A stretch of DNA of 64,000 bases from an uncultured Ruminococcus sp. (GTDB lineage: Bacteria; Bacillota; Clostridia; Oscillospirales; Ruminococcaceae): positions 11,446 to 75,445 of the forward strand of contig CAZTXS010000007.1 in assembly GCA_964617585.1 (NCBI GenBank), written 5' to 3'. Made by a program: the position numbers and the translations under genes. This document shows, piece after piece, positions 50,494 through 59,629 of this stretch (position 1 is its first letter; every line of letters begins with the position of its first letter). A model generated the notes under the pieces. The model was given only the letters and a program-made list of their open reading frames with translations. It had not been told where the DNA came from and searched no databases.

Positions 50494-51126
50494 CTATCTC
50501 ATTCTGTATCTTTTAAGCGGGCTTGCAAGAAGCGTTGTTGTTATTATTCCTATAATCGAACCCGTAACTAACGCCGAAAGCAAAAGTACCGGAGCATAAA
50601 GAGAAATACTCGGCGTTCCCGTTGCGGCAATGGCAACTGCAAGCTGACCTGCGTTATGAAAAATCGCTCCCAAAACAGAAGTTATCCATATTTTCTTTTC
50701 GCCGAAAACATCAACTGTAAGAGCCATTACAGTAAACGCCATGATTCCTCCCACAATGCTGAAACCAAAGCTGAGAATACTCCCGGCTATAATGCTCGCA
50801 AGAATAATCCTTAAAATGAGAACTATAAAAGCCTCGCGCTTACCCAAGAAAACCATAGCAATAAGCGTAACGATATTTGAAAAGCCTATCTTTACGCCTT
50901 GCACGGGAATAGGAGGTAGCGCCGCTTCCACAGTAAATAATATAAGTGAAACGGCGGTAAGTATTGCCATAGTAGTATATTTTCTTAAAGTTATAGTTTT
51001 TCGCTTTCTTTCAAAACTTATGTCGCTTAACTCCGATTTTTCTTTATGTTCAGAAAGCTTTCCTATATGACGTCCGAACTGCCGCCGATCCTTTTTATCC
51101 GGCATTTTAACCTTCATCTTGATCAC
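50494..51126 (-). CDS. Gx transporter family membrane protein (heptaprenyl diphosphate synthase component I-like)
   Basis: 5 TM helices with Gly-rich motifs. It is paired with an upstream NusG domain II protein, as commonly seen in Clostridia. The family name is from memory. Confidence 0.5.
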   Translation of the reverse strand: MIKMKVKMPDKKDRRQFGRHIGKLSEHKEKSELSDISFERKRKTITLRKYTTMAILTAVSLILFTVEAALPPIPVQGVKIGFSNIVTLIAMVFLGKREAFIVLILRIILASIIAGSILSFGFSIVGGIMAFTVMALTVDVFGEKKIWITSVLGAIFHNAGQLAVAIAATGTPSISLYAPVLLLSALVTGSIIGIITTTLLASPLKRYRMR

Positions 51127-51149
51127 ATTCCTTCACTGATGTTTTCGAT

Positions 51150-51557
51150 TTAAACAGACGCTTCGATTTCACTTTCATCATCACTTTCAACTCTGATAAC
51201 AAGTCCGTTGGGAACGCATACTATCGGAAGAAGATCATTATCTATTGCGCCGTGACGAACGCATATCTGGTTTTTACAATCTGATTCAATTACCGAAATT
51301 TTGCCGTTTTTTACGCGAATAATATTATATCCCTTTTCTCCGTCTTTTTCACTTTTGATTTTAAACTCACAGTCCTTGTTAAGACTTACTGTTCTGACAA
51401 GCTTGCTGTTTAAATATATTTTTGCGGTTTTGCCTGCTGTTTCCGAACTTTTTATAATAAAAATTGTAAAAACCGATACAATAGCTAATAAGCAAAACAA
51501 AATTATCCATAACAGATTTGATGTCAAAACTGTCTTTACTGTTTTTATATTTATCAC
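51150..51557 (-). CDS. NusG domain II-containing membrane-anchored protein
   Basis: N-terminal TM helix followed by a beta-rich domain (KIYLNSKLVRTVSLNKDCEFKI...CKNQICV...CVPNGLVIRVE). GTG start. Confidence 0.5.
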   Translation of the reverse strand: MINIKTVKTVLTSNLLWIILFCLLAIVSVFTIFIIKSSETAGKTAKIYLNSKLVRTVSLNKDCEFKIKSEKDGEKGYNIIRVKNGKISVIESDCKNQICVRHGAIDNDLLPIVCVPNGLVIRVESDDESEIEASV

Positions 51558-51601
51558 CCCTGATATGTAAAGTGATTCTGTCGTATTTCGTGATTTGAAT
51601 T

Positions 51602-51708
51602 TTCAATAAGGGCTTGTCCGTCATTCAACGCAGCAAGGGTCGGCGTTGTCGACCGGGTAATGAAATCCGCCGCCTATAAAGGCGGAGGCATCTTGCCTTA
51701 GTTATATA
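51602..51708 (+). repeat. Modular intergenic repeat, copy C8 (L-M1-R, no M2); the consensus reads on the + strand
   Basis: TTCAATAAGGGCTTGTCCGTCATTCAACGCAGCAAGGGTCGGCGTTGTCGACCGGGTAATGAAATCCGCCGCCTATAAAGGCGGAGGCATCTTGCCTTAGTTATATA. It lies between a predicted reverse-strand promoter and the gene starting at 51557. Confidence 0.9.
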
Positions 51709-51711
51709 TTT

Positions 51712-51740
51712 ATAATACACATTACTTCGCTTTCAGTCAA
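51712..51740 (-). promoter_or_regulatory. Predicted sigma-A promoter of the NusG_II / Gx-transporter operon
   Basis: On the reverse strand: TTGACT (51740..51735), a 17-nt spacer, then TATTAT (51717..51712). The predicted start site coincides with the end of repeat copy C8. Confidence 0.45.
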
Positions 51741-51910
51741 GAACAAAAAAATTCACAAATCTTTTCGATTTTCAATACTTTTTTATCAAATAAACTTGAT
51801 TTTCACTTCAGTTCATGCTAAAATGTAGAAGATAGTTTATGTGTTAATACTACATATTGTAAACTCAAGCATTAATAATAATGTTATACGGATATCTGAC
51901 GCTTAAAATT

Positions 51911-51939
51911 TTCAATAAGGGCTTGCCCGTCATTATAAT
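51911..51939 (+). repeat. Solo L-box of the repeat family (copy Ld)
   Basis: TTCAATAAGGGCTTGCCCGTCATTATAAT, about 60 nt upstream of the -35 box of the predicted murA promoter, in sense orientation. Confidence 0.85.
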
Positions 51940-52000
51940 TGCAATTTAAAGCGTTTCAATTCAAATTAACTAAAAAATCAATCATTTTCGCTTAACATTT

Positions 52001-52029
52001 TTTACACTTAGTAGAATTTACAATATAAT
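52001..52029 (+). promoter_or_regulatory. Predicted sigma-A promoter of murA
   Basis: TTTACA, a 17-nt spacer, then TATAAT. Confidence 0.5.
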
Positions 52030-52131
52030 AATTGATTTTTATTTGTTTTATTGATATAATTGAAAAGATGTGTTATGGCAAAGGTTAGATAGAGATATAC
52101 TTTGCAAATAGAGCTTAAGGAGCGAATAAAA

Positions 52132-53412
52132 TTGGATAAGTACGTTATAAAGGGCGGCACACCGCTTCGCGGCGAAGTCGTTGTGAGCGGCGCCAAGAAT
52201 GCTGCCGTTGCACTTGTTGCGGCAACCATTCTCTGTGATGAACCCTGTATACTCGAAAATGTCCCTGAAATAAGCGATATATCTATCTGCATTAAGATTT
52301 TAAAAGAAATGGGTGCAGATGTTAAAATATTAAATAAGAATACGGTTAAATTTGATACGACTAGCATGACAAGCCCTGTGGTTCCTTATGAGCTTGCCCG
52401 CTCTATGAGAGCTTCAAGCTATTTTCTCGGAACTCTTTTGGGCAGGTTTCATGAAGCTTATGTTCCGCTTCCCGGCGGATGCGATCTCGGCGATAGACCG
52501 ATAGATCAGCACCTTAAAGCGTTTGCTTCTTTAGGAGCTGATTACACTATCGAAAGCGGAACGGTTCACCTTACAACCGAAGCGTTGCTGGGAAATCAAA
52601 TCTACTTTGATTTCATAACGGTAGGCGCAACCATTAACGCAATTTTCGCTGCCGTTAAGACAAAGGGTCTTACAATTATCGAAAATGCAGCTAAAGAGCC
52701 ACACATCGTTGATCTCGCAAACTTTTTGAACTCTATGGGAGCAGACATAAGAGGAGCGGGAACAGACGTTATAAAAATCCGCGGCGTCGATTATTTAAAG
52801 GGCATAACATACGCTATAATTCCCGACCAGATTGAAGCGGGAACATATATGGTCGCTGCTGCTGCAACAAAGGGTAATGTTCTTATCAAAAATGTTATCC
52901 CCAAGCACTTGGAATCTATTACGGCAAAGCTTCGCAAGGTGGGAGTAACCGTAGAGGAATTTGACGAAAGCGTTCGTGTTTCTGTAGACGGACCTATTAT
53001 GAAAACGAGCCTTAAAACAATGCCTCACCCGGGTTTCCCGACTGATATGCAGCCACAGTTTTCAACGCTGCTTACATTAGCTTACGGGACGAGTATAGTC
53101 ACGGATGATATTTTTGATAATCGCTTCAGATACGTTGCAGAGCTGAGAAGAATGGGAGCTGACATTTCCGTTGACGGAACGGTTGCTGTTATTCAGGGCG
53201 TAGGCAAGCTTACCGGTGCTCCGGTTAAGGCAACAGATTTAAGAGCGGGAGCCGCTCTCGTAATTGCCGGACTTGCCGCAGAGGGAATTACCGAAATCGA
53301 CGACATATATCACATTGAACGCGGATACGAAGCAATAGACGAGAAATTAAGAAACCTGGGTGCGGATATTAAAAGAATTTATTATCCTGAATCTATTGCA
53401 ATGACAAGCTAA
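52132..53412 (+). CDS. murA: UDP-N-acetylglucosamine 1-carboxyvinyltransferase
   Basis: LDKYVIKGGTPLRGEVVVSGAKNAAV N-terminus and the catalytic loop LPGGCDLGDRPIDQH. The start is set at TTG 52132, with AAGGAG 9 nt upstream. Confidence 0.9.
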   Translation: MDKYVIKGGTPLRGEVVVSGAKNAAVALVAATILCDEPCILENVPEISDISICIKILKEMGADVKILNKNTVKFDTTSMTSPVVPYELARSMRASSYFLGTLLGRFHEAYVPLPGGCDLGDRPIDQHLKAFASLGADYTIESGTVHLTTEALLGNQIYFDFITVGATINAIFAAVKTKGLTIIENAAKEPHIVDLANFLNSMGADIRGAGTDVIKIRGVDYLKGITYAIIPDQIEAGTYMVAAAATKGNVLIKNVIPKHLESITAKLRKVGVTVEEFDESVRVSVDGPIMKTSLKTMPHPGFPTDMQPQFSTLLTLAYGTSIVTDDIFDNRFRYVAELRRMGADISVDGTVAVIQGVGKLTGAPVKATDLRAGAALVIAGLAAEGITEIDDIYHIERGYEAIDEKLRNLGADIKRIYYPESIAMTS

Positions 53413-53427
53413 TCTGACTAAAAACTA

Positions 53428-53456
53428 CGGGCGGCTTAATGCCGCTCTTTTATTTT
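53428..53456 (+). terminator. Rho-independent terminator after murA
   Basis: GGGCGGC-TTAAT-GCCGCTC followed by TTTTATTTT. Confidence 0.6.
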
Positions 53457-53488
53457 GAATTTAGTAAACAGAAAGGATTTATACATAA

Positions 53489-54280
53489 ATGGCAAGAGTT
53501 TATCCCCTGTTTTCATCAAGCAAAGGCAACGCAGCCTTTATAGGCAGTGAAAAGGAAGGAATACTGATTGATTCGGGAGTAAGCTGCAAAATGCTGACAA
53601 ATGCTCTTTATGATAACGGTTTATCTCCTGAAGCTGTTAAAGGTATTTTCATCACTCACGAGCATACCGACCATATTAAAGGACTTAAGGTTTTCACCAA
53701 AAACTATTCAGTTAAGGTTTTTGCGGGAAACAAAAATCTTGACTATTTGATTTCGCAAAACCATATTTCATCTGGCTCGCAGATTGAAGAAATAGAAGTT
53801 GACGGAAAGGCGATAGAATTCTGCGGATATGAAATTTCCGCTTTCTCCACTCCCCACGACGCCAGACAAAGCAACGGCTACAGGATAAAAACTCCTGATT
53901 TGAAAATCATAACTATATGCACCGACCTAGGAAAGGTAACAGACAACGTTCATAAAAACCTTTTAGGCTCGGATCTTGTATTATTTGAATCTAACTATGA
54001 TGAAACAATGCTCAGAAACGGAAGATACCCGTATATGCTGAAGCAAAGAATATTATCCGATCACGGACATTTATCAAACAGCGACAGTGCGTCTGAAATT
54101 GAAAGCCTTTTGAATCTGGGAACCACCCGAATAATCTTAGGACATCTTAGTCAGGAAAATAACACTCCGGCAAAGGCTAAAGAAACTATGCTAAATCAGC
54201 TTTCCGGCTTTGAGTGCGGAACTGATTACATATTAAAGATCGCACCGGTATTTAATGACGGTGAGGTTACAGTGCTATGA
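53489..54280 (+). CDS. MBL-fold metallo-hydrolase (YycJ/WalJ-like)
   Basis: HEHTDHIKG metal motif. About 260 aa. It is followed by rlmH with a 4-nt overlap, as in the Firmicutes yycJ-rlmH arrangement. Confidence 0.7.
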   Translation: MARVYPLFSSSKGNAAFIGSEKEGILIDSGVSCKMLTNALYDNGLSPEAVKGIFITHEHTDHIKGLKVFTKNYSVKVFAGNKNLDYLISQNHISSGSQIEEIEVDGKAIEFCGYEISAFSTPHDARQSNGYRIKTPDLKIITICTDLGKVTDNVHKNLLGSDLVLFESNYDETMLRNGRYPYMLKQRILSDHGHLSNSDSASEIESLLNLGTTRIILGHLSQENNTPAKAKETMLNQLSGFECGTDYILKIAPVFNDGEVTVL

Positions 54281-54762
54281 TGAATATAAATATTATCGCT
54301 GTCGGGAAGCTTAAAGAAAACTATCTTAAATGCGCTGTTTCGGAGTATTCAAAACGCCTGTCAGGCTTCTGTAAGCTAAAGATAACAGAGCTTCCCGAAA
54401 GCAGGCTGTCTGACAACCCAAGTGAAAAGGAAATAGATAACGCTCTCAGCAATGAAGCAAAGCTTATTGAAAATCTTATGAATCAAAAATCTGCATATAA
54501 TATAGCTATGTGCATTGAGGGCAGACAGCTCTCAAGTAAGGATTTCTCTTCAAAAATCAGCGAAATCGGAATAAGCGGAAAAAGTGCGGTAAACTTCATT
54601 ATCGGTTCGAGCTTCGGCATATCCGAGAAAATCAAGTCAGGCTGTGATTTAAAGCTTTCATTGTCAAAAATGACGTTTCCTCACCAGCTCGCCCGGGCGC
54701 TTTTGCTCGAACAGATATACAGAGCTTTTCAGATTTCAAGCGGAGGAAAATACCACAAATAA
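54277..54762 (+). CDS. rlmH: 23S rRNA (pseudouridine1915-N3)-methyltransferase
   Basis: SPOUT-fold, about 160 aa, with IIAVGKLK at the N-terminus and a C-terminal LSLSKMTFPHQLARALLLEQIYRA. Confidence 0.85.
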   Translation: MMNINIIAVGKLKENYLKCAVSEYSKRLSGFCKLKITELPESRLSDNPSEKEIDNALSNEAKLIENLMNQKSAYNIAMCIEGRQLSSKDFSSKISEIGISGKSAVNFIIGSSFGISEKIKSGCDLKLSLSKMTFPHQLARALLLEQIYRAFQISSGGKYHK

Positions 54763-54764
54763 AA

Positions 54765-54800
54765 AGACTATCTGATTTTATTTCAGATAGTCTTTATTTA
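54765..54800. terminator. Bidirectional terminator between rlmH and the convergent lipoprotein gene
   Basis: AGACTATCTGA...TCAGATAGTCT 11-bp stem flanked by A-run and T-run. Confidence 0.6.
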
Positions 54801-54813
54801 TTGAAATTCTTAA

Positions 54814-56313
54814 TTAGCTTTCTGCGGTATAGTCGTTTTGAATTTCCTCAAGCTTTGAAGGAGTGTACTTCTTAAACGCTTTCGCATTCTTAGTTATTTT
54901 GAAGTCCTTTTCCCAGCTCTTAATGAGTTCATCATATTCTTCATATTTCATCTCAGTAAGAATATCTTCATAGCTGTCGCCGTCGATCAGATAATCGGTT
55001 CTCTCTGTAGGATCATATTTTACAATTACATAATAATAATTATCATCCTTGTACAAGGTCGGCTTGTTAAACTTGATTTTCTCGCTGATATAATTTCTTA
55101 AATCAGAAACGTTATCCTCGTCGGAATAATCTAACATAACTTCGTTAGTTGTAAAGTTAGCGTAAACTGCTGTGTCAGCGGTAATAGCCGTGCTGAAATC
55201 AAATAGGTTTGAAGCGCTTGTATCTGTATACCAATCATCAAAGATATAGAATTCCTTTTCAGGATCGTCAGGTCTTTCAGCGGTTTCACCTGATTTTACA
55301 GTCTGCGCCTGCTGAGGAGTACCCTCTTCATATTCATTCTGATTTGCATCATAAAACTTAACAGCGTATTCCTTATCCTCATCAACAGTTGTCGTAGTAG
55401 TTGTTTGAGCTTCGCTTGTGCTGTCTGAGTTATCTGCGTTTTCTGAAACCTCCGCAGCAACAGTTGTATCCGTTTCACTTGTGCTGTCCGTAACAGCGTC
55501 TTCTGAAGCCTCTGCAGCAGTTGTAACAGCGGTCGTTTCTTCGGTTTCAGCATTGTACTGAGAGATAACCTCGTCGAAATTATCATTTTCCTTAGCAAGC
55601 TTTAAATACTTTTTAGCCAAAGCCTTTGCTTCTTTATCAGCTTTCTTTGAAGCCTTTGTCTGTTCCTCAGCCGACTGAGTGGTTGTAGTTTCATCCTCAG
55701 ACGAAGTGCTTGCGGCGGTCGTTGCCTCGGTAGTTCTCGAAATTGAAATAATTTTATATCTCAGATAATTTTCCTTAAGATAGTTTTTAATATCATCGTT
55801 GCTGACTGCCTTTTCTCCGTCTGCTCCGTAATAATAATTAAATATAAGCTGTTTTTGCTTTTCAGCCGTAAAATACTTTGTTACAGAATCCTTGCTGATT
55901 CCCTGTTCAGCAAGATAATCCTCAGTCATACTGTCGACATAATTTTTAACGGCGTCATTAACCTCCTGAGTATCTTCGGTAGACATCTCAAGACCGAGCT
56001 TGTCAAAATGCTTATTTATAGCAACAAGGTCAACGGTGCTCTCATAAGCATAATCAGGAAGATATTCCTTAAGCTTAACAGTTTCTCCCTCGTCGTTTTC
56101 AATTTCCTGATCCATGTAATCAGAGGTTACTCCTGAATAATAAAGAGTGTACATCTGCTCTGTATATTCAGCTAACATATAGTTGATATAAATACCTGCG
56201 TTGACGTCAACATCGTCAACAGTCATTATTTTGCTCATATCCGTGCATCCTGCCATTGAAACAGCCATTATTGACGCAACAGAAAGAGCTGTTATTCTTT
56301 TGATTCCAGACAT
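54814..56313 (-). CDS. Lipoprotein with a SurA-N-like chaperone region, a T/E/A-rich linker and a Listeria-Bacteroides-type repeat
   Basis: Lipobox SMAGC after the signal peptide. The repeat YAVKFYDANQNEY...YIFDDWYTDTSASNLFDF...VYANF is present. The start is set at ATG 56313, with a GGAGG SD. Confidence 0.55.
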   Translation of the reverse strand: MSGIKRITALSVASIMAVSMAGCTDMSKIMTVDDVDVNAGIYINYMLAEYTEQMYTLYYSGVTSDYMDQEIENDEGETVKLKEYLPDYAYESTVDLVAINKHFDKLGLEMSTEDTQEVNDAVKNYVDSMTEDYLAEQGISKDSVTKYFTAEKQKQLIFNYYYGADGEKAVSNDDIKNYLKENYLRYKIISISRTTEATTAASTSSEDETTTTQSAEEQTKASKKADKEAKALAKKYLKLAKENDNFDEVISQYNAETEETTAVTTAAEASEDAVTDSTSETDTTVAAEVSENADNSDSTSEAQTTTTTTVDEDKEYAVKFYDANQNEYEEGTPQQAQTVKSGETAERPDDPEKEFYIFDDWYTDTSASNLFDFSTAITADTAVYANFTTNEVMLDYSDEDNVSDLRNYISEKIKFNKPTLYKDDNYYYVIVKYDPTERTDYLIDGDSYEDILTEMKYEEYDELIKSWEKDFKITKNAKAFKKYTPSKLEEIQNDYTAES

Positions 56314-56362
56314 ATTTTGCCTCCTATTAAAATATTGAATTATGTACTCAATTAACCTATAC

Positions 56363-56391
56363 ATTATATACGATTTTTTATATAAAGTCAA
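56363..56391 (-). promoter_or_regulatory. Predicted sigma-A promoter of the lipoprotein gene
   Basis: On the reverse strand: TTGACT, a 17-nt spacer, then TATAAT. Confidence 0.5.
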
Positions 56392-56438
56392 GTCTTTACA
56401 TTTTAAATGTTAATACAACTTTTTCAAACATAACCCTT

Positions 56439-56462
56439 AATGACGGGCAAGCCCTTATTGAA
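56439..56462 (-). repeat. Solo L-box of the repeat family (copy Le); the consensus reads on the - strand
   Basis: The reverse strand reads TTCAATAAGGGCTTGCCCGTCATT, about 48 nt upstream of the -35 box of the lipoprotein promoter, in sense orientation. It is the only solo copy not followed by TTATA. Confidence 0.8.
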
Positions 56463-56544
56463 TACTATACAGCATTTAAAACTATATTTCAAGCAAAAAC
56501 GCCTGCCAAATTATGACGGGCGTTTAATCTAATATTAAAGCTTT

Positions 56545-57465
56545 TTAATCTGCGTCTTTAGAATTCTCATTATTATCACTGCTGACAGAAGGATCTATAG
56601 GTCCTTCTGCGTCCGACTTTATTTCACCCCAAGTGGTAAGATAAACCTTTGCGAACTTTATATCGTCAAGCGGCTGATAATTGTCGCTGTCAATATCCTT
56701 GACCTCAGCGTTTAAAATCTTATTATAGGTTTCCCAGCCGTCGCAGACCTGACCGAATATTGTATATTGCTGCGCTGCCTCGGGAACTCCCCCGTAACTG
56801 CAAAGCTTATCGGACAGCTCGTTATACACCTTCTCTAAGCTTTCGTCTATTTTTTCACTGCTTTTGACTTCCTTTTTCTTCTCATCTGTGGTTATAGAGT
56901 TACCGAAAAACATAACGCTGCTTCCTGCGACATTTTTCTTCCAGAACCAAAAACCGTCTGTTCCCACAAAGGAACCCAAAGCCCCCTTGAACGTCCACAT
57001 ATCAGAGCTTATTTCAGCGTCAATGGTTTCTGTGTTAGTATCGTCCGTAGTTTCACCGTCGGCAGATTTTGCACCGCCTGTAAAATACAGATGATCTCCC
57101 TTATTGTCATCTTCGTTGCCGGTAACAACCCCAAAAACGTAAGTGTCGTTATAATAACCGTCCTCAACAAGGTTCTTATAAAACTTCACATACTCGGGAG
57201 CTTCATCTTCAAACAGCGCCGCTTTGAATGTTCCCAAATTAGTTTCATAAACAACAACATCTAAATCGTCTGAATACTCCTCATACTGAACGAACTTTAC
57301 ATTCTCATATTTGTTATCGTCGCCGCTATTATTAAAGGTCAAAAAAATTAGAAGAGCCGCCAGAAACACTATTGCTATAAGAGAAAATTTTAAATACTTT
57401 ACAAATGCGGGACTTCTCATAGGATTAGTCTTTTTATTACCCTGACTTGCCATTTTTATCACCAT
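56545..57465 (-). CDS. Membrane-anchored cyclophilin-type peptidyl-prolyl isomerase (divergent)
   Basis: N-terminal TM helix followed by a cyclophilin-like pattern (ETNLGTFKAALFEDEAPEYVKFYKNLVEDGYY...GSSVMFF...IFGQV). The start could be ATG 57453. Confidence 0.55.
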   Translation of the reverse strand: MVIKMASQGNKKTNPMRSPAFVKYLKFSLIAIVFLAALLIFLTFNNSGDDNKYENVKFVQYEEYSDDLDVVVYETNLGTFKAALFEDEAPEYVKFYKNLVEDGYYNDTYVFGVVTGNEDDNKGDHLYFTGGAKSADGETTDDTNTETIDAEISSDMWTFKGALGSFVGTDGFWFWKKNVAGSSVMFFGNSITTDEKKKEVKSSEKIDESLEKVYNELSDKLCSYGGVPEAAQQYTIFGQVCDGWETYNKILNAEVKDIDSDNYQPLDDIKFAKVYLTTWGEIKSDAEGPIDPSVSSDNNENSKDAD

Positions 57466-57492
57466 TTCTGCGGACGTAAACGCCGCCTTATT

Positions 57493-58887
57493 TTACTTTC
57501 TTTTTATTATTGTTCCCTGTCTGGTTTCCTCAATTATAAATCCAAGCTCGGATATTTTATCTCTCAAGGCGTCTGCCAAAGCGAAATCCTTAACCTTACG
57601 TGCCTCACGCCGCTTTTTTGCAAGCTCCATTATTTCTTCGGGAATTTTATCCTCCTTTTCTCTGTTGTAACAGATTCCGAGAACCCCTGTCAGCTCGTCA
57701 AACACTTTAGCGCAGGCTTCAAGGTCTTGCTTTGAAGCGTTACCACCTGCGATAAGAGAATTTATTTCACGAACAAGCTCGAACACCGCAGTAAGTCCGT
57801 CCGCAGTGTTGAGGTCGTCTGACAAAGCGTCAATAAACTGCGTCTTTCTATTATCTGAGAATTCTTTAACCTGTTCGCTTAAAGCTCCGTCTGAAGCTGA
57901 ACTCAGCGCTCTGTCTATACTGTCTCGGCAGTTATATAACCTCTCTAACGATGACTTGCAGGCTTCAAGAAGCTCTATCGAATAATTTATCGGCGTTCTG
58001 TAGTGAGCCTGAATCATAAGGTATCTTATAGCTTCATAACCGTATTTTTCGGCAACGTCACGGGTTGTGAAAAAGTTTCCTGCCGATTTAGACATTTTTT
58101 TATTATCTATGTTGATGTGACCGTTATGCATCCAGTAATGCGCCAAAGGCTCGTCGGTTGCAGCCTCAGACTGAGCTATTTCATTTTCATGATGAGGAAA
58201 GATAAGATCGACTCCGCCGCCGTGTATATCTATAGTTTCGCCTATATAATATTTGCTCATAGCGGAACACTCAATATGCCAGCCGGGTCTGCCGTTTCCC
58301 CACGGCGATTCCCAAAAAGGCTCGCCCTCCTTTGCCGCCTTCCACAAAGCAAAGTCAAGAGGGTCTTCTTTAATATCGTTCACATCAATTCTGGCTCCCG
58401 ACATTAAATCGTCTATCGACTGCTTTATAAGCTTTCCGTAGCCTTCAAATTTCCTTGTTCTGAAATATACGTCCCCTCCTGCCTGATAAGCGAAGTCTTT
58501 GTCAACCAAGGTTTTTATAAGATCAATAATAATATCCATGCTCTCAGTAACCTTAGGAGAAATATCAGCTTCAAGAGCATTCAGTCCGCGGAGGTCGGTT
58601 AGATATTCCTTAATATATTTTTCGGAAATTTCGCTCGCTTCCACACCCTCCTCATTAGCTCTTTTTATTATCTTATCATCGACATCGGTAAAGTTCTGAA
58701 CGAACTTCACCTCATAGCCTATATATTTCAAAAATCTTCTCAGCACGTCGAATACGCAGATAGGACGGGCGTTTCCTATATGAATATAATTATAAACAGT
58801 AGGACCGCAGACATAAATACCCACTTTCCCTTCGTTTATAGGTTTAAACTCTTCCTTTCGCCTTGTTAAAGTATTGTATATTTTCAT
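57493..58887 (-). CDS. cysS: Cysteine--tRNA ligase
   Basis: Class I aaRS with HIGN (HIGH) and KMSKS motifs and the Cys-tRNA synthetase zinc ligands. Confidence 0.9.
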   Translation of the reverse strand: MKIYNTLTRRKEEFKPINEGKVGIYVCGPTVYNYIHIGNARPICVFDVLRRFLKYIGYEVKFVQNFTDVDDKIIKRANEEGVEASEISEKYIKEYLTDLRGLNALEADISPKVTESMDIIIDLIKTLVDKDFAYQAGGDVYFRTRKFEGYGKLIKQSIDDLMSGARIDVNDIKEDPLDFALWKAAKEGEPFWESPWGNGRPGWHIECSAMSKYYIGETIDIHGGGVDLIFPHHENEIAQSEAATDEPLAHYWMHNGHINIDNKKMSKSAGNFFTTRDVAEKYGYEAIRYLMIQAHYRTPINYSIELLEACKSSLERLYNCRDSIDRALSSASDGALSEQVKEFSDNRKTQFIDALSDDLNTADGLTAVFELVREINSLIAGGNASKQDLEACAKVFDELTGVLGICYNREKEDKIPEEIMELAKKRREARKVKDFALADALRDKISELGFIIEETRQGTIIKRK

Positions 58888-58926
58888 AACCTTTTTTCCT
58901 TTACTGAAATTTTATCTGCACAGAGA

Positions 58927-59595
58927 TTATTTTTTCTTAGAATACTTTTCCTTTTCAACCTTGAGCCTTTTAATTTCACGCTCCAGCTCTTCAATCTTCA
59001 TAAGCTGTTTGCAAAGCTCCTGCGACACAGGGTCCGGAATATGAACCTGATCCAGGTCCTGATTATTGCTTACCTTTTTACCTTCTATTCTTACGATCCT
59101 GGCAGGAACGCCTACTGCTGTTGAGTTTTCAGGAACTTCTTCCAAAACAACGGCGTTAGCTGCAATCTTAGCGTTATCGCCTACCTTAAAAGGGCCTAAA
59201 ACCCTGGCTCCCGCACCAACCATTACGTTGTTTCCCAAGGTAGGATGACGCTTGCCGTGCTCTTTTCCCGTTCCGCCGAGGGTTACTCCCTGATAAATCA
59301 GACAGTTATCGCCTATTTCAGCCGTTTCGCCTATAACCACTCCGCTTCCGTGATCAATTAAAAGTCCCTTGCCTATTTTCGCTCCCGGATGAATTTCAAT
59401 TCCGGTCATAAATCTTGAAAACTGAGAAATCAGCCTTGCGACAAGAAAGAATTTTCTTAAATAAAACCAATGCGCTATCCTATGAAAAATAACCGCATGA
59501 AGCCCCGAATACGCCAAAATTATCTCAAGACTTGTTCTTGCGGCAGGGTCTTTTTCTTTTACCATTCTTATATCTTCTTTGATACTTTCAAACAT
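58927..59595 (-). CDS. cysE: Serine O-acetyltransferase
   Basis: N-terminal SATase helical domain plus left-handed beta-helix hexapeptide repeats (GAKIGKGLLIDHGSGVVIGETAEIGDN). GAGGTG SD. Confidence 0.9.
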   Translation of the reverse strand: MFESIKEDIRMVKEKDPAARTSLEIILAYSGLHAVIFHRIAHWFYLRKFFLVARLISQFSRFMTGIEIHPGAKIGKGLLIDHGSGVVIGETAEIGDNCLIYQGVTLGGTGKEHGKRHPTLGNNVMVGAGARVLGPFKVGDNAKIAANAVVLEEVPENSTAVGVPARIVRIEGKKVSNNQDLDQVHIPDPVSQELCKQLMKIEELEREIKRLKVEKEKYSKKK

Positions 59596-59629
59596 TAAAA
59601 CACCTCTGACTTTGTATTTTATCTTTAAA

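Noticed and set aside
51911-51939. The L-box followed by TATAAT read as a sigma-A promoter (TTCAAT, a 17-nt spacer, TATAAT).
   Set aside because: The would-be -35 box, TTCAAT, matches TTGACA at only 3 of 6 positions, whereas every convincing promoter in this window has TTGACA, TTGACT or TTGAAA. One solo copy (56439) lacks the -10 box, and full-length copies have TCAATG at that position. Weak promoter activity cannot be excluded.
52008-52367. A reverse-strand 119-aa ORF overlapping the murA promoter and 5' end, and similar antisense ORFs such as 31306-31635 opposite asnB.
   Set aside because: They overlap strongly supported genes or promoters on the other strand, lack ribosome binding sites, and have shadow-frame composition.
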